NCBI GenBank assembly: GCA_964351545.1
Contig: CAYGOJ010000002.1
Coordinates: 1 to 52,073 of the forward strand
Origin: an uncultured Acidimicrobium sp.
Lineage (GTDB): Bacteria > Actinomycetota > Acidimicrobiia > Acidimicrobiales > Ilumatobacteraceae
DNA length: 52,073 bases
Direction of reading: 5' to 3'
The notes under the pieces are model-generated. The model made no database searches and had not been told where the DNA came from. It worked only from the letters and a program-made list of their open reading frames with translations. Each line of letters starts with the position of its first letter. Within the stretch, counting starts at the first letter, position 1. Below are positions 1 through 9,396 of the stretch, in pieces. The position numbers were made by a program, and so were the translations under genes.

Positions 1-276
1 TGGCGCATCGAACAACCGGCCGCAGCGGTGGCGAACATGTATTACGTCGGGGCGATAAATCGGGTCGGTATCGAACCGCTCGGGGATGACGATTTTTATG
101 GGCAGAGCTATTTTGTCGACCCGGAGGGAAAGTTCGTGGGAAATGTTGGCGACCCCCACAAACCCGAATTAATCGTTCGCGATCTCGACTTAGACAAGAT
201 AAAGACGGTGCGTGACCGATGGGCGTTCTACCGCGATCGTCGACCGGACGCGTACGATGAATTGGTACGACGTTAG
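1..276 (+). CDS. carbon-nitrogen hydrolase (nitrilase-superfamily) amidase, C-terminal fragment; beta-ureidopropionase / N-carbamoyl-amino-acid amidohydrolase-like; 5' end is outside the window
   Basis: Frame 1 is open from nt 1 (WRIEQPAAAVANM...) to TAG 274-276. The C-terminal YGQSYFVDPEGK region is typical of CN-hydrolases. It lies 15 nt upstream of dihydropyrimidinase. Confidence 0.7.
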   Translation, partial: WRIEQPAAAVANMYYVGAINRVGIEPLGDDDFYGQSYFVDPEGKFVGNVGDPHKPELIVRDLDLDKIKTVRDRWAFYRDRRPDAYDELVRR

Positions 277-291
277 AAGGCGAGGATTGTC

Positions 292-1716
292 GTGGCGCGA
301 ACTCTAATTACGAACGGCACGGTCGTCAGTTCGACCGGCCAGCACTTACAAGATGTCCTCATCGACGGCGAAATAATTGTCGCCGTGTTGGATCGCGGCC
401 AGTCTCAGGTACTGAACATCGTTGCCGATCGAGTTATTGATGCCAGCGGTAAATATGTGGTGCCCGGCGGCATCGACGTGCACACCCATATGGAATTGCC
501 ATTCGGCGGAACGGCCGCCAGCGACACATTTGAATCGGGCACCATTGCGGCCGCATGGGGCGGGGTTACGACCATTGTCGATATGGCGTTGCAGCGATAC
601 GGCGAAAATGTTCACGAGGGTTTAGCGGAGTGGCATCGTAAGGCAGGTGGCAACTGCGCAGTGGATTACGCATTTCATCAAATCCTCGGCGGTATCGACG
701 AACAGGCGCTGAAGGACATGACGTATCTGGTTGATCACGAAGGAGTGACCAGTTTTAAACTGTTCATGGCCTATCCCGGCGTGTTCTATAGCGATGACGC
801 ACAGATTTTGCGGGCGATGCAAACGGCCAGTGAAAATGGCGCGACAATCATGATGCACGCAGAAAACGGAATTGCCATCGATGTCTTGGTGCAGCAACAC
901 ATCGCTCGCGGCGAAACCGACCCGAAGTATCACGGTATAAGTCGACCAAGCCTGCTCGAGGGTGAAGCCACAAACAGAGCCATCGTACTTTCGCAGGTGG
1001 CAGGAAACGTGCCGCTCTATATCGTCCATATGTCCGCATCGGAGGCACTCAATGCGGTGGCCGAGGCTCGCCACGAGGGCCTCAACGTTTTTGCCGAGAC
1101 CTGCCCGCAGTACCTGTATATGACGCTCGAAGATCACCTCGCCCGCCCAGGATTTGAAGGCGCCAAATTCGTTTGCAGTCCACCCATACGAAGCAAAAAC
1201 GACAAGCATCACCATCACGCCGACCTGTGGAAAGGGCTGCGGATGAATGAGTTGGCGGTGATAAGCACCGACCATTGTCCGTTCTGTTATAAGGATCAAA
1301 AGGAACTTGGCTTAGGAAACTTTTCCAAGATTCCCAATGGAATGGGTGGCGTCGAGCATCGTATGGAACTCATTTATCAGGGTGTGGTTCAGGGTGAACT
1401 AACCCTTGAGCGATGGGTCGAGACGTGCAGTACCACGCCGGCCCGCATGTTTGGCATGTACCCGCGTAAAGGAGTTATTGCCGCCGGGTCTGATGCCGAC
1501 ATTCTCGTGTGGGATCCAAATAAGAAAACGAAAATTGGGATCAACGACAAGCACCACATGAATATGGATCACTCGTCATGGGAAGGTTTTGTGGTCGATG
1601 GCAAGGTCGACACTGTGCTCTCTCGAGGCATGATTGTGATTGACAACGACAAGTACACGGGCCGCAAAGGTCACGGCCAATTCGTCAAGCGGGGGCTGTG
1701 TCAGTACCTAAATTAG
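292..1716 (+). CDS. hydA: dihydropyrimidinase / D-hydantoinase (cyclic amidohydrolase)
   Basis: 474 aa. GTG start with GAGGA 5 nt upstream. Metal-binding GGIDVHTHMELPFGGT motif, MHAENG, and the length and architecture of D-hydantoinases. Confidence 0.9.
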   Translation: MARTLITNGTVVSSTGQHLQDVLIDGEIIVAVLDRGQSQVLNIVADRVIDASGKYVVPGGIDVHTHMELPFGGTAASDTFESGTIAAAWGGVTTIVDMALQRYGENVHEGLAEWHRKAGGNCAVDYAFHQILGGIDEQALKDMTYLVDHEGVTSFKLFMAYPGVFYSDDAQILRAMQTASENGATIMMHAENGIAIDVLVQQHIARGETDPKYHGISRPSLLEGEATNRAIVLSQVAGNVPLYIVHMSASEALNAVAEARHEGLNVFAETCPQYLYMTLEDHLARPGFEGAKFVCSPPIRSKNDKHHHHADLWKGLRMNELAVISTDHCPFCYKDQKELGLGNFSKIPNGMGGVEHRMELIYQGVVQGELTLERWVETCSTTPARMFGMYPRKGVIAAGSDADILVWDPNKKTKIGINDKHHMNMDHSSWEGFVVDGKVDTVLSRGMIVIDNDKYTGRKGHGQFVKRGLCQYLN

Positions 1717-1759
1717 ACAGTTTTTCAACCAGTCGAGTCGATTACACGCAGGAGTAATT

Positions 1760-3244
1760 ATGAAGCGCATCAGTCATTGGATCAATAACAAAGTTGTGGC
1801 CGGCACATCCGGTAACACTGCAAAAGTCTGGAATCCGGCAACGGGCGAGCATCAGGCGGACGTGGATTTAGCGAGTTCAACCGAAGTAGATCTCGCGGTG
1901 GGGGCCGCCAAGGCAGCATTTCCGGAATGGCGTGCTGCCAACTTGTCGCGTCGTGCCGAAGTCATGTTTCATATTCGTGAGTTGGTGGATGCCAACCGCA
2001 AGGAAATTGCCTCGCTGCTCACTTTGGAGCACGGCAAAGTACCGAGTGATGCGCTCGGCGAGGTCGCGCGTGGTCTGGAAAATATTGAATTCGCCTGTGG
2101 CATTCCGGCACTGATGAAGGGTGGATACTCGGAACAGGCGTCAAATGGAATCGATGTCTATTCAATTCGCCAGCCACTCGGAGTAGTTGCCGGTATCACG
2201 CCGTTCAATTTTCCCGCCATGGTGCCGATGTGGATGTTCGCCAATGCGCTTGTGTGTGGCAATACATTCGTCCTCAAGCCAAGTGAGAAGGATCCGTCGG
2301 CATCAATGTTCATCGCCGATTTGCTGCGGCAAGCCGGTGTCCCCGACGGAGTGTTCAATGTTGTGCAAGGCGACAAAGTGGCTGTCGATCGAATTCTTGG
2401 GCATCCGGACATTGCCGCCGTAAGTTTTGTGGGTTCGACTCCGATTGCAAGGTATGTATACGAGACCGGTACACGGAACGGCAAGCGAGTGCAGGCACTC
2501 GGTGGGGCAAAGAATCATATGCTTGTGCTCCCGGACGCCGACCTTGACATGGCCGCCGATGCGGCGGTGAGCGCCGCCTACGGATCCGCCGGTGAGAGAT
2601 GCATGGCGGTTTCGGTTGTACTGGCGGTTGACAGTATTGCCGACTCCCTCGTCGAGCGGATCTCCGCTCGCGTGCCAAATATCAAGGTTGGATCTGGTGC
2701 CGATCCGGCCAGTGAAATGGGTCCACTTATCACTCGCGAGCATCGTGACAAAGTGGCAAGTTATGTAGCCAATGCCGAAAAGGAGGGGGCCAAAGTTGTC
2801 ATCGATGGAACGACATCCGAATCGGGTGGTGGGTTCTTTCTCAATCCAAGCCTGATCGACAATGTCGGGCCGGGCATGAAGTGCTACGACGAAGAGATTT
2901 TTGGACCGGTGTTGACAATCATGCGTGTTAAAACCTACGAGGAAGGTCTAAAGACCATCAATGACAATCCGTATGGAAACGGAACTGCAATTTTTACCCG
3001 GGACGGCGGGGTCGCCCGTCGGTTTCAATTTGAGGTAAATGTGGGCATGGTCGGGATCAATGTTCCAGTCCCCGTGCCGGTATCGTACTACAGCTTTGGC
3101 GGCTGGAAGGCGAGCCTGTTTGGTGATCAACACATGTACGGACCAGACGGTGTCAATTTCTTCACCCGTGGCAAAGTGGTGACATCGCGCTGGCCCGATC
3201 CGCAGACATCGCGTGTAGATCTAGGTTTTCCACAAAACCGATAA
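1760..3244 (+). CDS. mmsA: CoA-acylating methylmalonate/malonate-semialdehyde dehydrogenase
   Basis: 494 aa. AGGAG RBS. ALDH fold with the MmsA-type catalytic GERCMA motif and an N-terminus ISHWINNK...VWNPATGE. Confidence 0.88.
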   Translation: MKRISHWINNKVVAGTSGNTAKVWNPATGEHQADVDLASSTEVDLAVGAAKAAFPEWRAANLSRRAEVMFHIRELVDANRKEIASLLTLEHGKVPSDALGEVARGLENIEFACGIPALMKGGYSEQASNGIDVYSIRQPLGVVAGITPFNFPAMVPMWMFANALVCGNTFVLKPSEKDPSASMFIADLLRQAGVPDGVFNVVQGDKVAVDRILGHPDIAAVSFVGSTPIARYVYETGTRNGKRVQALGGAKNHMLVLPDADLDMAADAAVSAAYGSAGERCMAVSVVLAVDSIADSLVERISARVPNIKVGSGADPASEMGPLITREHRDKVASYVANAEKEGAKVVIDGTTSESGGGFFLNPSLIDNVGPGMKCYDEEIFGPVLTIMRVKTYEEGLKTINDNPYGNGTAIFTRDGGVARRFQFEVNVGMVGINVPVPVPVSYYSFGGWKASLFGDQHMYGPDGVNFFTRGKVVTSRWPDPQTSRVDLGFPQNR

Positions 3245-3283
3245 TTGTCTAGGTTGTAGCCAGGCGAAAGGTTGGGGGTAGGA

Positions 3284-4300
3284 ATGGACATCGGCGTCGT
3301 ACTGCAAACCACGCCGCCAGCGAGTCGCGTGATTGATCTCGCTAGAAAAGCCGAGATGCATGGGTTTTCGCATGTGTGGACCTTTGACAGCCATATCTTG
3401 TGGGAGGAACCATTCGTTATATTCAGCGCGATCCTTGCCGAAACACGCAAGGTCATCGTCGGCCCGATGGTTACCAATCCGTCGACTCGCGATTGGACAG
3501 TGACTGCAAGTTTGTTCGCCACCCTCAACGAAATGTACGGGAATCGAACAATCTGCGGGATTGGACGCGGAGATTCGGCGGTACGCGTGACCAACGGTAG
3601 ACCGTCAAATTTGGCCACCTTGCGCGACTGCATTCATGTCATTCGTGAGTTAACGAACGGTCGCGGTGTTGATTACAACGGCTCAACAATTCGATTTCCT
3701 TGGGCGGAACGAAGTCGTTGCGAAATGTGGGTGGCCGCGTACGGTCCTAAGGCGTTGAAGCTAACCGGTGAAGTTGGCGATGGGTTCATCTTGCAACTGG
3801 CAGACATTGACATTGTGGCGTGGACAATTGACGCGGTACGCAAGGCCGCCAAAGATGCCGGACGAGACCCGATGTCAGTCAAGATCTGTGTCGCGGCACC
3901 AGCGTATGTGGGCCATGACATCGCTCATATGCGCGATCAGTGCCGCTGGTTCGGAGGGATGGTCGGCAATCATGTCGCCGATATCGTCGCTCGATACGGC
4001 GAGGACAGTTCGGTACCCAAGGCACTCACCGAGTACATCAAAAGCAGGCAGGGATACGACTACAACCAGCATGGTCAGGCCGGTAACCCGCATACGGCGT
4101 TTGTACCCGATGAGATTATCGACCGATTCTGCATTCTTGGCGACTCGGCAGAGCACATCAAGCGACTTAAGCAATTGAAAGAATTGGGCGTTGACCAATT
4201 TGCGGTATATCTCCAACACGATGGAAAAGAACAAACGCTCGAGGAGTACGGCGAAACGGTCTTACCGGCTATTGCGGAGTTGGCAAAAGCAAAGCAATGA
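3284..4300 (+). CDS. luciferase-like monooxygenase (LLM) family oxidoreductase, probably the F420-dependent class
   Basis: The ORF is open from TTG 3272, but ATG 3284 follows a G-rich SD. N-terminus MDIGVVLQT..., GPMVTNPSTRDWTV and RWFGGMVGNHVAD resemble the LLM F420-oxidoreductase subfamily I recall as TIGR03842. Its stop overlaps the next gene (ATGA). Confidence 0.7.
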   Translation: MDIGVVLQTTPPASRVIDLARKAEMHGFSHVWTFDSHILWEEPFVIFSAILAETRKVIVGPMVTNPSTRDWTVTASLFATLNEMYGNRTICGIGRGDSAVRVTNGRPSNLATLRDCIHVIRELTNGRGVDYNGSTIRFPWAERSRCEMWVAAYGPKALKLTGEVGDGFILQLADIDIVAWTIDAVRKAAKDAGRDPMSVKICVAAPAYVGHDIAHMRDQCRWFGGMVGNHVADIVARYGEDSSVPKALTEYIKSRQGYDYNQHGQAGNPHTAFVPDEIIDRFCILGDSAEHIKRLKQLKELGVDQFAVYLQHDGKEQTLEEYGETVLPAIAELAKAKQ

Positions 4301-5178
4301 AACAAACAGTTCGTCGAGGTTTGTACCGCACCGGCATGTTCATCTTGTCAATTGTGTTGGTGGCGGCAATGTGGGAACTATACAAATACATCGGACCGCA
4401 AGACGGCGGCACGCTGCTCGGTGGAAAGATATTGCCTCGCGCCAATGATCGCGCGATGCCTCACGTTTGGGACATGTTGAGTCGCTACGGTCGTCCCGAG
4501 GTTCGCGGATCCGATCGCCAGGTATGGTCAGTCGTACTAGCCGGAGGTTGGTTCTCGTTCCGGCTGGTTGTTGCCGGCTTTGTCATCGGCGCGGCGGTCG
4601 GAGTTGGCCTGGCGGTCCTGATGGCCCGATTTCGAGTCGTCGAACGCGGACTTTTGCCTTATCTCGTTTTGTCACAGACCGTCCCATTGATCGCGCTTGC
4701 TCCGCTTGTGGTCAGCTGGAGCGGCAAACTTCATGTCGCAGGGTTTGAGTGGCCGAGGTGGATGTCGGTGTCGATACTCGGAGCCTTTTTGGCATTCTTT
4801 CCCGTCTCGGTTGGCACCCTGAAAGGGCTAACTTCGGCGCCCGCCTCAGCGCTCGAATTGATGAGCAGCTACGCGTCGTCGTGGCGCCAAACGCTGATCA
4901 AACTTCGGTTTCCTGCGGCCGTTCCGTTCATGGTTCCGGCCTTCAAATTGGCTGCATCCGGCGCGGTCATCGGTGTAGTCGTAGCCGAAATCTCTACAGG
5001 TCTCAAGGGGGGAATCGGACGACTTGTTATCGAGTACGCCCGTGAAGCCACGGGCGATCCGGCAAAAGTGTTTACCGCCGTTTTTGGCGCGGCTGGACTT
5101 GGCCTTGTGATGGCCGGACTAATCACCCTCGGCGATATTTTACTGATGCGCCATCGGCCTAAGGAGACCACCATATGA
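4297..5178 (+). CDS. ABC transporter permease (NitT/TauT family)
   Basis: 293 aa, multi-TM, with an EAA-like loop region. ATGA overlaps on both sides. Confidence 0.85.
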   Translation: MKQTVRRGLYRTGMFILSIVLVAAMWELYKYIGPQDGGTLLGGKILPRANDRAMPHVWDMLSRYGRPEVRGSDRQVWSVVLAGGWFSFRLVVAGFVIGAAVGVGLAVLMARFRVVERGLLPYLVLSQTVPLIALAPLVVSWSGKLHVAGFEWPRWMSVSILGAFLAFFPVSVGTLKGLTSAPASALELMSSYASSWRQTLIKLRFPAAVPFMVPAFKLAASGAVIGVVVAEISTGLKGGIGRLVIEYAREATGDPAKVFTAVFGAAGLGLVMAGLITLGDILLMRHRPKETTI

Positions 5179-5972
5179 GCGCTGTGAATGTGGTGGCGGC
5201 GAGCAAAATATTCAATAAGGGCACCGCTAAGCAAGTCGATGCGTTGCTAGATGTGGACCTCATCGTCAAACCTAGCGACTTCATTTCGCTCATTGGTCCA
5301 TCAGGTTGTGGCAAGTCAACACTGTTGCGACTCATCGCCAACTTGTTAGAGCCAACGAGTGGCACCGTCACCGTGAATGGCAAGTCCGCCTCGCAGGCAC
5401 GACTCGATCAGGATTACGGGATGGCCTTTCAACAAGCGGGGTTATTTGACTGGCGCACTGTCGCCAAGAACATTGAGTTACCCCTTGAGTTGAAAGGTTG
5501 GGACAAGGCAAGAAGAACATCGAGGGCAACCGAGATGCTGGAGTTGGTCAAACTCCCCGAGTTTGCCAGTCTCTATCCGTGGCAACTGTCGGGTGGGATG
5601 CAGCAACGAATAGCCATTGCCCGAGCGCTGGCCGCACACCCGCAAATCTTGCTGATGGACGAACCGTTTGGTGCACTCGATGAAATGACTCGGGAATACA
5701 TGCAGGGTGAGTTGCTACGGATCTGCGCCCAAACGTCGACCACAGTCGTGTTTGTTACCCACTCAATTCCCGAAGCCGTGTATCTCTCAAATCGGGTCAT
5801 TGTGATGTCGCCCCGGCCCGGTCGAATCACCCATCGCATCGACATCGATCTTGGCCAGAATCGCAACGAGGAGACTAGGGGCGGCAGTGAGTTTTTCCGA
5901 GGAATAACGACGGTTCGTGAAGCGTTGCGTGGAACGCAGACCGACCACATCAATCAAGATTTCAGTTCATAG
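5175..5972 (+). CDS. ABC transporter ATP-binding protein (NitT/TauT family)
   Basis: Walker A GPSGCGKST, signature LSGGMQQR, Walker B LLMDEPFGALD. Confidence 0.92.
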   Translation: MSAVNVVAASKIFNKGTAKQVDALLDVDLIVKPSDFISLIGPSGCGKSTLLRLIANLLEPTSGTVTVNGKSASQARLDQDYGMAFQQAGLFDWRTVAKNIELPLELKGWDKARRTSRATEMLELVKLPEFASLYPWQLSGGMQQRIAIARALAAHPQILLMDEPFGALDEMTREYMQGELLRICAQTSTTVVFVTHSIPEAVYLSNRVIVMSPRPGRITHRIDIDLGQNRNEETRGGSEFFRGITTVREALRGTQTDHINQDFSS

Positions 5973-5973
5973 C

Positions 5974-6735
5974 ATGCGTCGACTAATCGCTCCATTGACC
6001 TTCGGGCTCGGTTTTCTCGTGCTGTGGGAAGGAGCGGTGAAGGTCTTTGATCTGAAGCCCTACTTTTTGGCCCCGCCATCGAAGATACTTGGTCAGTTTT
6101 TTTCCAACTTCAATTTGATCCGTGAGGCCGCAACTGTATCGGGGACTAACGCACTCATTGGTTTGATCGTCGGCACGGTCGCCGGAGTGTTGATGAGTTT
6201 TCTGCTGAGCAGGTTTCGCTTTCTCAGCGAACTGATGACCCCACTCGCGGTGGCATTAAATGCCATTCCCATTTTCGTGTTGGTCGCGGTGTTGAACAAC
6301 ATGTTTTCGATTACGAGTGAAATACCTCGTCGAATCATGGTCACCCTTGTCGTGTATTTCATTGTTCTGGTCAATGTGGCCAAGGGTTTGACGCATGTTC
6401 GCTCAACCCATATTGAGCTGATGAGGTCCTTCGCCGCATCGGATTTGGCGATTCTGCGCAAGGTCCGAATTCCCAACGCGCTTCCATTTTTGTTCACTTC
6501 GCTCAAGATCGCCGCCCCTGCCTCTGTGATCACGGCCTTTGTCTCGGAATATTTTGGTGGATCCCAAAATGGACTCGGCAGTCGAATCACGAGCAATATT
6601 GCCAATTCAAAGAATGCATCCGCGTGGGCCTATGTTCTCGGGGCATGCCTACTTGGGTTACTATTCTTCGGCATCTCTATACTTTTGGAGAATGGCGCCT
6701 CTCGGGGTGCTGCAACTGAAAATAACAACACGTAG
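5974..6735 (+). CDS. ABC transporter permease (second NitT/TauT-family permease)
   Basis: The ORF is open from 5917, but ATG 5974 (MRRLIAPLTFG...) begins right after the ATPase stop. Multi-TM paralogue of 4297-5178. Confidence 0.82.
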   Translation: MRRLIAPLTFGLGFLVLWEGAVKVFDLKPYFLAPPSKILGQFFSNFNLIREAATVSGTNALIGLIVGTVAGVLMSFLLSRFRFLSELMTPLAVALNAIPIFVLVAVLNNMFSITSEIPRRIMVTLVVYFIVLVNVAKGLTHVRSTHIELMRSFAASDLAILRKVRIPNALPFLFTSLKIAAPASVITAFVSEYFGGSQNGLGSRITSNIANSKNASAWAYVLGACLLGLLFFGISILLENGASRGAATENNNT

Positions 6736-6765
6736 GGCGCTTCGGTGTCCGGGGGAGTACAACAG

Positions 6766-7947
6766 ATGAGGAAATCACGATTCAAACTCGCAGTTGTGGG
6801 GTTTACGGCAATGTCGCTAGTCGCTGCTGCATGCGGTGGTTCGGACAGCGCATCTGACACGACGGCCGCACCACTTGACACGACTGCACCAGAGGTCATC
6901 GAAGAGGAGTGCATTACTCCGACGCCGGTGAAATTGCAATTGCAGTGGTTTATTCAGGCCCAGTTTGCCGGATACTTCGCTGCTCAGGACCAGGGCTTCT
7001 ATGCCGCTCAGTGTCTAGATGTCAGCATCGTTGAAGGTGGAGTCGACATCGTTCCACAGACTCAACTTGCTACGGCCGCAGTTGATTTCGCTGTGGCGTG
7101 GGTGCCGAAAGCTCTAGCAAGTCGTGAGGCAGGAGCCAACATCGTCGACATTGCGCAAATCTTTCAGCGCTCCGGAACTTTGCAGGTTTCGTTTAAGGAA
7201 GACAACATATTGTCCGCCTCCGACTTCAAAGGCAAGAAGATCGGCAACTGGGGCTTTGGCAATGAGTTCGAAATCTTTGCCGCGTTGACCGCAGCCGGTC
7301 TCGATCCGGCCGAGGATGTCTCGCTTGTGCAGCAGCAATTTGACATGTCTGGTTTGCTTGCCAGGGATATTGATGCGGCCGAGGCAATGACCTACAACGA
7401 ATACGCTCAGGTTCTCGAAGCCATCAATCCGGAAACGGGTGAGTTGTATACGCCTGAGGATTTCAACGTGCTGTCCTATGAAGATTCGGGTGTTGGCATG
7501 TTGCAGGATGCAATTTGGGCAGACGGACATCGTCTGTTCGATCCTGCCTATCGGGCGATCGCGGTCAAGTTTGTGGCGGCCTCACTGCAAGGTTGGGCAT
7601 TCTGTCGCGACAATGCTGAGTCTTGTCGAGACATTGTCTTGTCAAAGGGCTCCAAGCTTGGCGCCAGTCACCAACTTTGGCAGATGAATGAGGTCAACAA
7701 GTTGATCTGGCCAGCACCTGCAGGTGCGGGCATTATCGATTCATCGGCCTGGGACCGCACCGTCACAATTGCTCTTGAGGCCAAGAACCTTGAAGGTGCC
7801 ACGGTGCTCAGCAAGGTTCCATCGGCGGATGCATATCGCAACGACATCGTCACCGAAGCCCTGGAAATACTCGCTGGGCTAGGTGTTGATACAACGGGTG
7901 AAGCATTTACGCCAATTACGGTCACGCTTACCGAAGGTGGCAATTAG
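6766..7947 (+). CDS. ABC transporter substrate-binding lipoprotein, NMT1/THI5-like (ThiY-like pyrimidine-type binding fold)
   Basis: ATG 6766 follows GGGGGAG. Lipoprotein signal MRKSRFKLAVVGFTAMSLVAAAC|GGS. LQWFIQAQFAGYF is typical of NMT1-like SBPs. Confidence 0.8.
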   Translation: MRKSRFKLAVVGFTAMSLVAAACGGSDSASDTTAAPLDTTAPEVIEEECITPTPVKLQLQWFIQAQFAGYFAAQDQGFYAAQCLDVSIVEGGVDIVPQTQLATAAVDFAVAWVPKALASREAGANIVDIAQIFQRSGTLQVSFKEDNILSASDFKGKKIGNWGFGNEFEIFAALTAAGLDPAEDVSLVQQQFDMSGLLARDIDAAEAMTYNEYAQVLEAINPETGELYTPEDFNVLSYEDSGVGMLQDAIWADGHRLFDPAYRAIAVKFVAASLQGWAFCRDNAESCRDIVLSKGSKLGASHQLWQMNEVNKLIWPAPAGAGIIDSSAWDRTVTIALEAKNLEGATVLSKVPSADAYRNDIVTEALEILAGLGVDTTGEAFTPITVTLTEGGN

Positions 7948-7967
7948 ACAGAATTCAGTATTTGGCA

Positions 7968-8000
7968 AAGGGCGGGTCGCATCGGCGGCCCGCCCTTTTC
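7968..8000. terminator. rho-independent terminator hairpin shared by convergent genes
   Basis: 9-bp GC-rich stem AAGGGCGGG (7968-7976) / CCCGCCCTT (7989-7997) with a 12-nt loop. The stem's closing TT begins a TTTT run (7996-7999) on the + strand. It lies between the SBP stop (7947) and the aminotransferase stop (8024). Confidence 0.7.
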
Positions 8001-8023
8001 GCTTTAGAAAAGCGTGAAACCAA

Positions 8024-9373
8024 TTAGCCCTGGTAGTAATGGTCGGCCACGGACAGGGCCTCGTCGATGATCGCAATTCCTTGGCGTGCCTCGTCGGGGC
8101 TGACTGTGCACGGCGGTACAACATGCATGCGATTGAAGTGGACAAATGGCCACAAGCCATGTTTCTTGCAAGCGGCGACCAGTTCAGCCATTGGTTTGCC
8201 TTCCGCACCTGTGGCGTTATATGGCACAAGTGGTTGGCGGGTGTCGCGGTTACGCACGAGTTCAATTGCCCAAAACACTCCGAGTCCGCGAACTTCTCCT
8301 ATCGACGGATGTTTATCTTGCAATTTTCTTAGTTCCGGACCAATCACTTCCTTGCCGATCATCCGCGCATTCTCAACAATTTTTTCTTCCTTAAAAATAT
8401 TGATTGATGCAACGGCTGACGCACAGGCAAGGGGATGGCCGCTGTAGGTGAGCCCACCCGGGTATGGGCGTTCCTTGAAAGTATCGGCAATCTTTTGACT
8501 AATGATCACACCGCCCAATGGGATATAGCCCGAGTTGACACCTTTGGCAAAGCAAATGAGATCTGGAGTGACGTCCCAGTGATTCACCGCGAACCACTCC
8601 CCGCATCGACCGAAGCCGGCCATGACCTCGTCGCACATGAAGACGATGCCATGTCGATCACACAAATCTCGAACACCTTGCAGGTAGCCAGGCGGCGGAA
8701 CGAGAATGCCATTTGTACCGACCACGGTTTCCAAACCGATCATCGCCACGGTTTGTGGTCCTTCGACCATTAACACTTGTTCAAGATGTTCAAGGGCGCG
8801 CTGGCATTCCTCGGACTCGCTTGTGGAGTGAAATGCCGAGCGGTATGGATATGGACCCCAAAACTTCACCGCACCACTGAAGCCAGTTTCATTTGGCCAG
8901 CGACGCGGATCGCCGGTAAGTGCAATGGCTCCCGACGTCGAGCCGTGGTACGAGCGATACGTCGTAAGAATCTTGTGTCGACCGGTGTGTAGCCGGGCCA
9001 TTCGGATCGCATTTTCCGTAGCCTCGGCACCGCCATTGGTGAAAAACACCATGTTGAGGTCACCTGGCGCGAGATCGGAGATCAGGCGAGCCGCCTCGCT
9101 ACGCGCCTCATTGGCGAATGGTGGGGCCACGGTGCACAACTTTGCTGCCTGTTCCTGGATCGCCGCGACCAATTTGGGATGCTGGTGACCGATGTTGAGG
9201 TTTACCAATTGACTGGAGAAATCGAGAAATTTATTTCCGGCGGCATCCCAAAAATAGGAACCTGATCCGCCCAAAATTTCTACCGGGTCAAGAGTTCCCT
9301 GCGCGGACCAAGAATGAAACACATGGGCGCGATCGTCAAGGTATGCCTTGGTGCGAGTTGCTTCAATCGTCAT
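8024..9373 (-). CDS. class-III (omega) aminotransferase, probable beta-alanine / beta-aminoisobutyrate aminotransferase
   Basis: 449 aa. Class-III PLP fold (FTNGGAEATENAIRMAR, MCDEVMAGFGRCG, FAKGVNSGY with the PLP lysine). Context is the pyrimidine-catabolic genes. Confidence 0.85.
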   Translation of the reverse strand: MTIEATRTKAYLDDRAHVFHSWSAQGTLDPVEILGGSGSYFWDAAGNKFLDFSSQLVNLNIGHQHPKLVAAIQEQAAKLCTVAPPFANEARSEAARLISDLAPGDLNMVFFTNGGAEATENAIRMARLHTGRHKILTTYRSYHGSTSGAIALTGDPRRWPNETGFSGAVKFWGPYPYRSAFHSTSESEECQRALEHLEQVLMVEGPQTVAMIGLETVVGTNGILVPPPGYLQGVRDLCDRHGIVFMCDEVMAGFGRCGEWFAVNHWDVTPDLICFAKGVNSGYIPLGGVIISQKIADTFKERPYPGGLTYSGHPLACASAVASINIFKEEKIVENARMIGKEVIGPELRKLQDKHPSIGEVRGLGVFWAIELVRNRDTRQPLVPYNATGAEGKPMAELVAACKKHGLWPFVHFNRMHVVPPCTVSPDEARQGIAIIDEALSVADHYYQG

Positions 9374-9396
9374 GCTGTCAGTCTATTGATTGATAA

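Noticed and set aside
1207-1218. A run of four consecutive His codons (KHHHHAD) inside dihydropyrimidinase. It could suggest a tag or a metal site.
   Set aside because: The run is internal, only four residues long, uses mixed CAT/CAC codons and sits in a variable surface region of the family. It is most likely natural variation.
622-1299. A 225-aa antisense ORF inside the dihydropyrimidinase gene. Similar shadow ORFs occur throughout, e.g. 2303-2743, 6093-6605, 10407-11039, 15741-16241 and 48819-49358.
   Set aside because: All of them lie within strongly supported genes on the other strand or frame. They have no recognisable domains and skewed composition.
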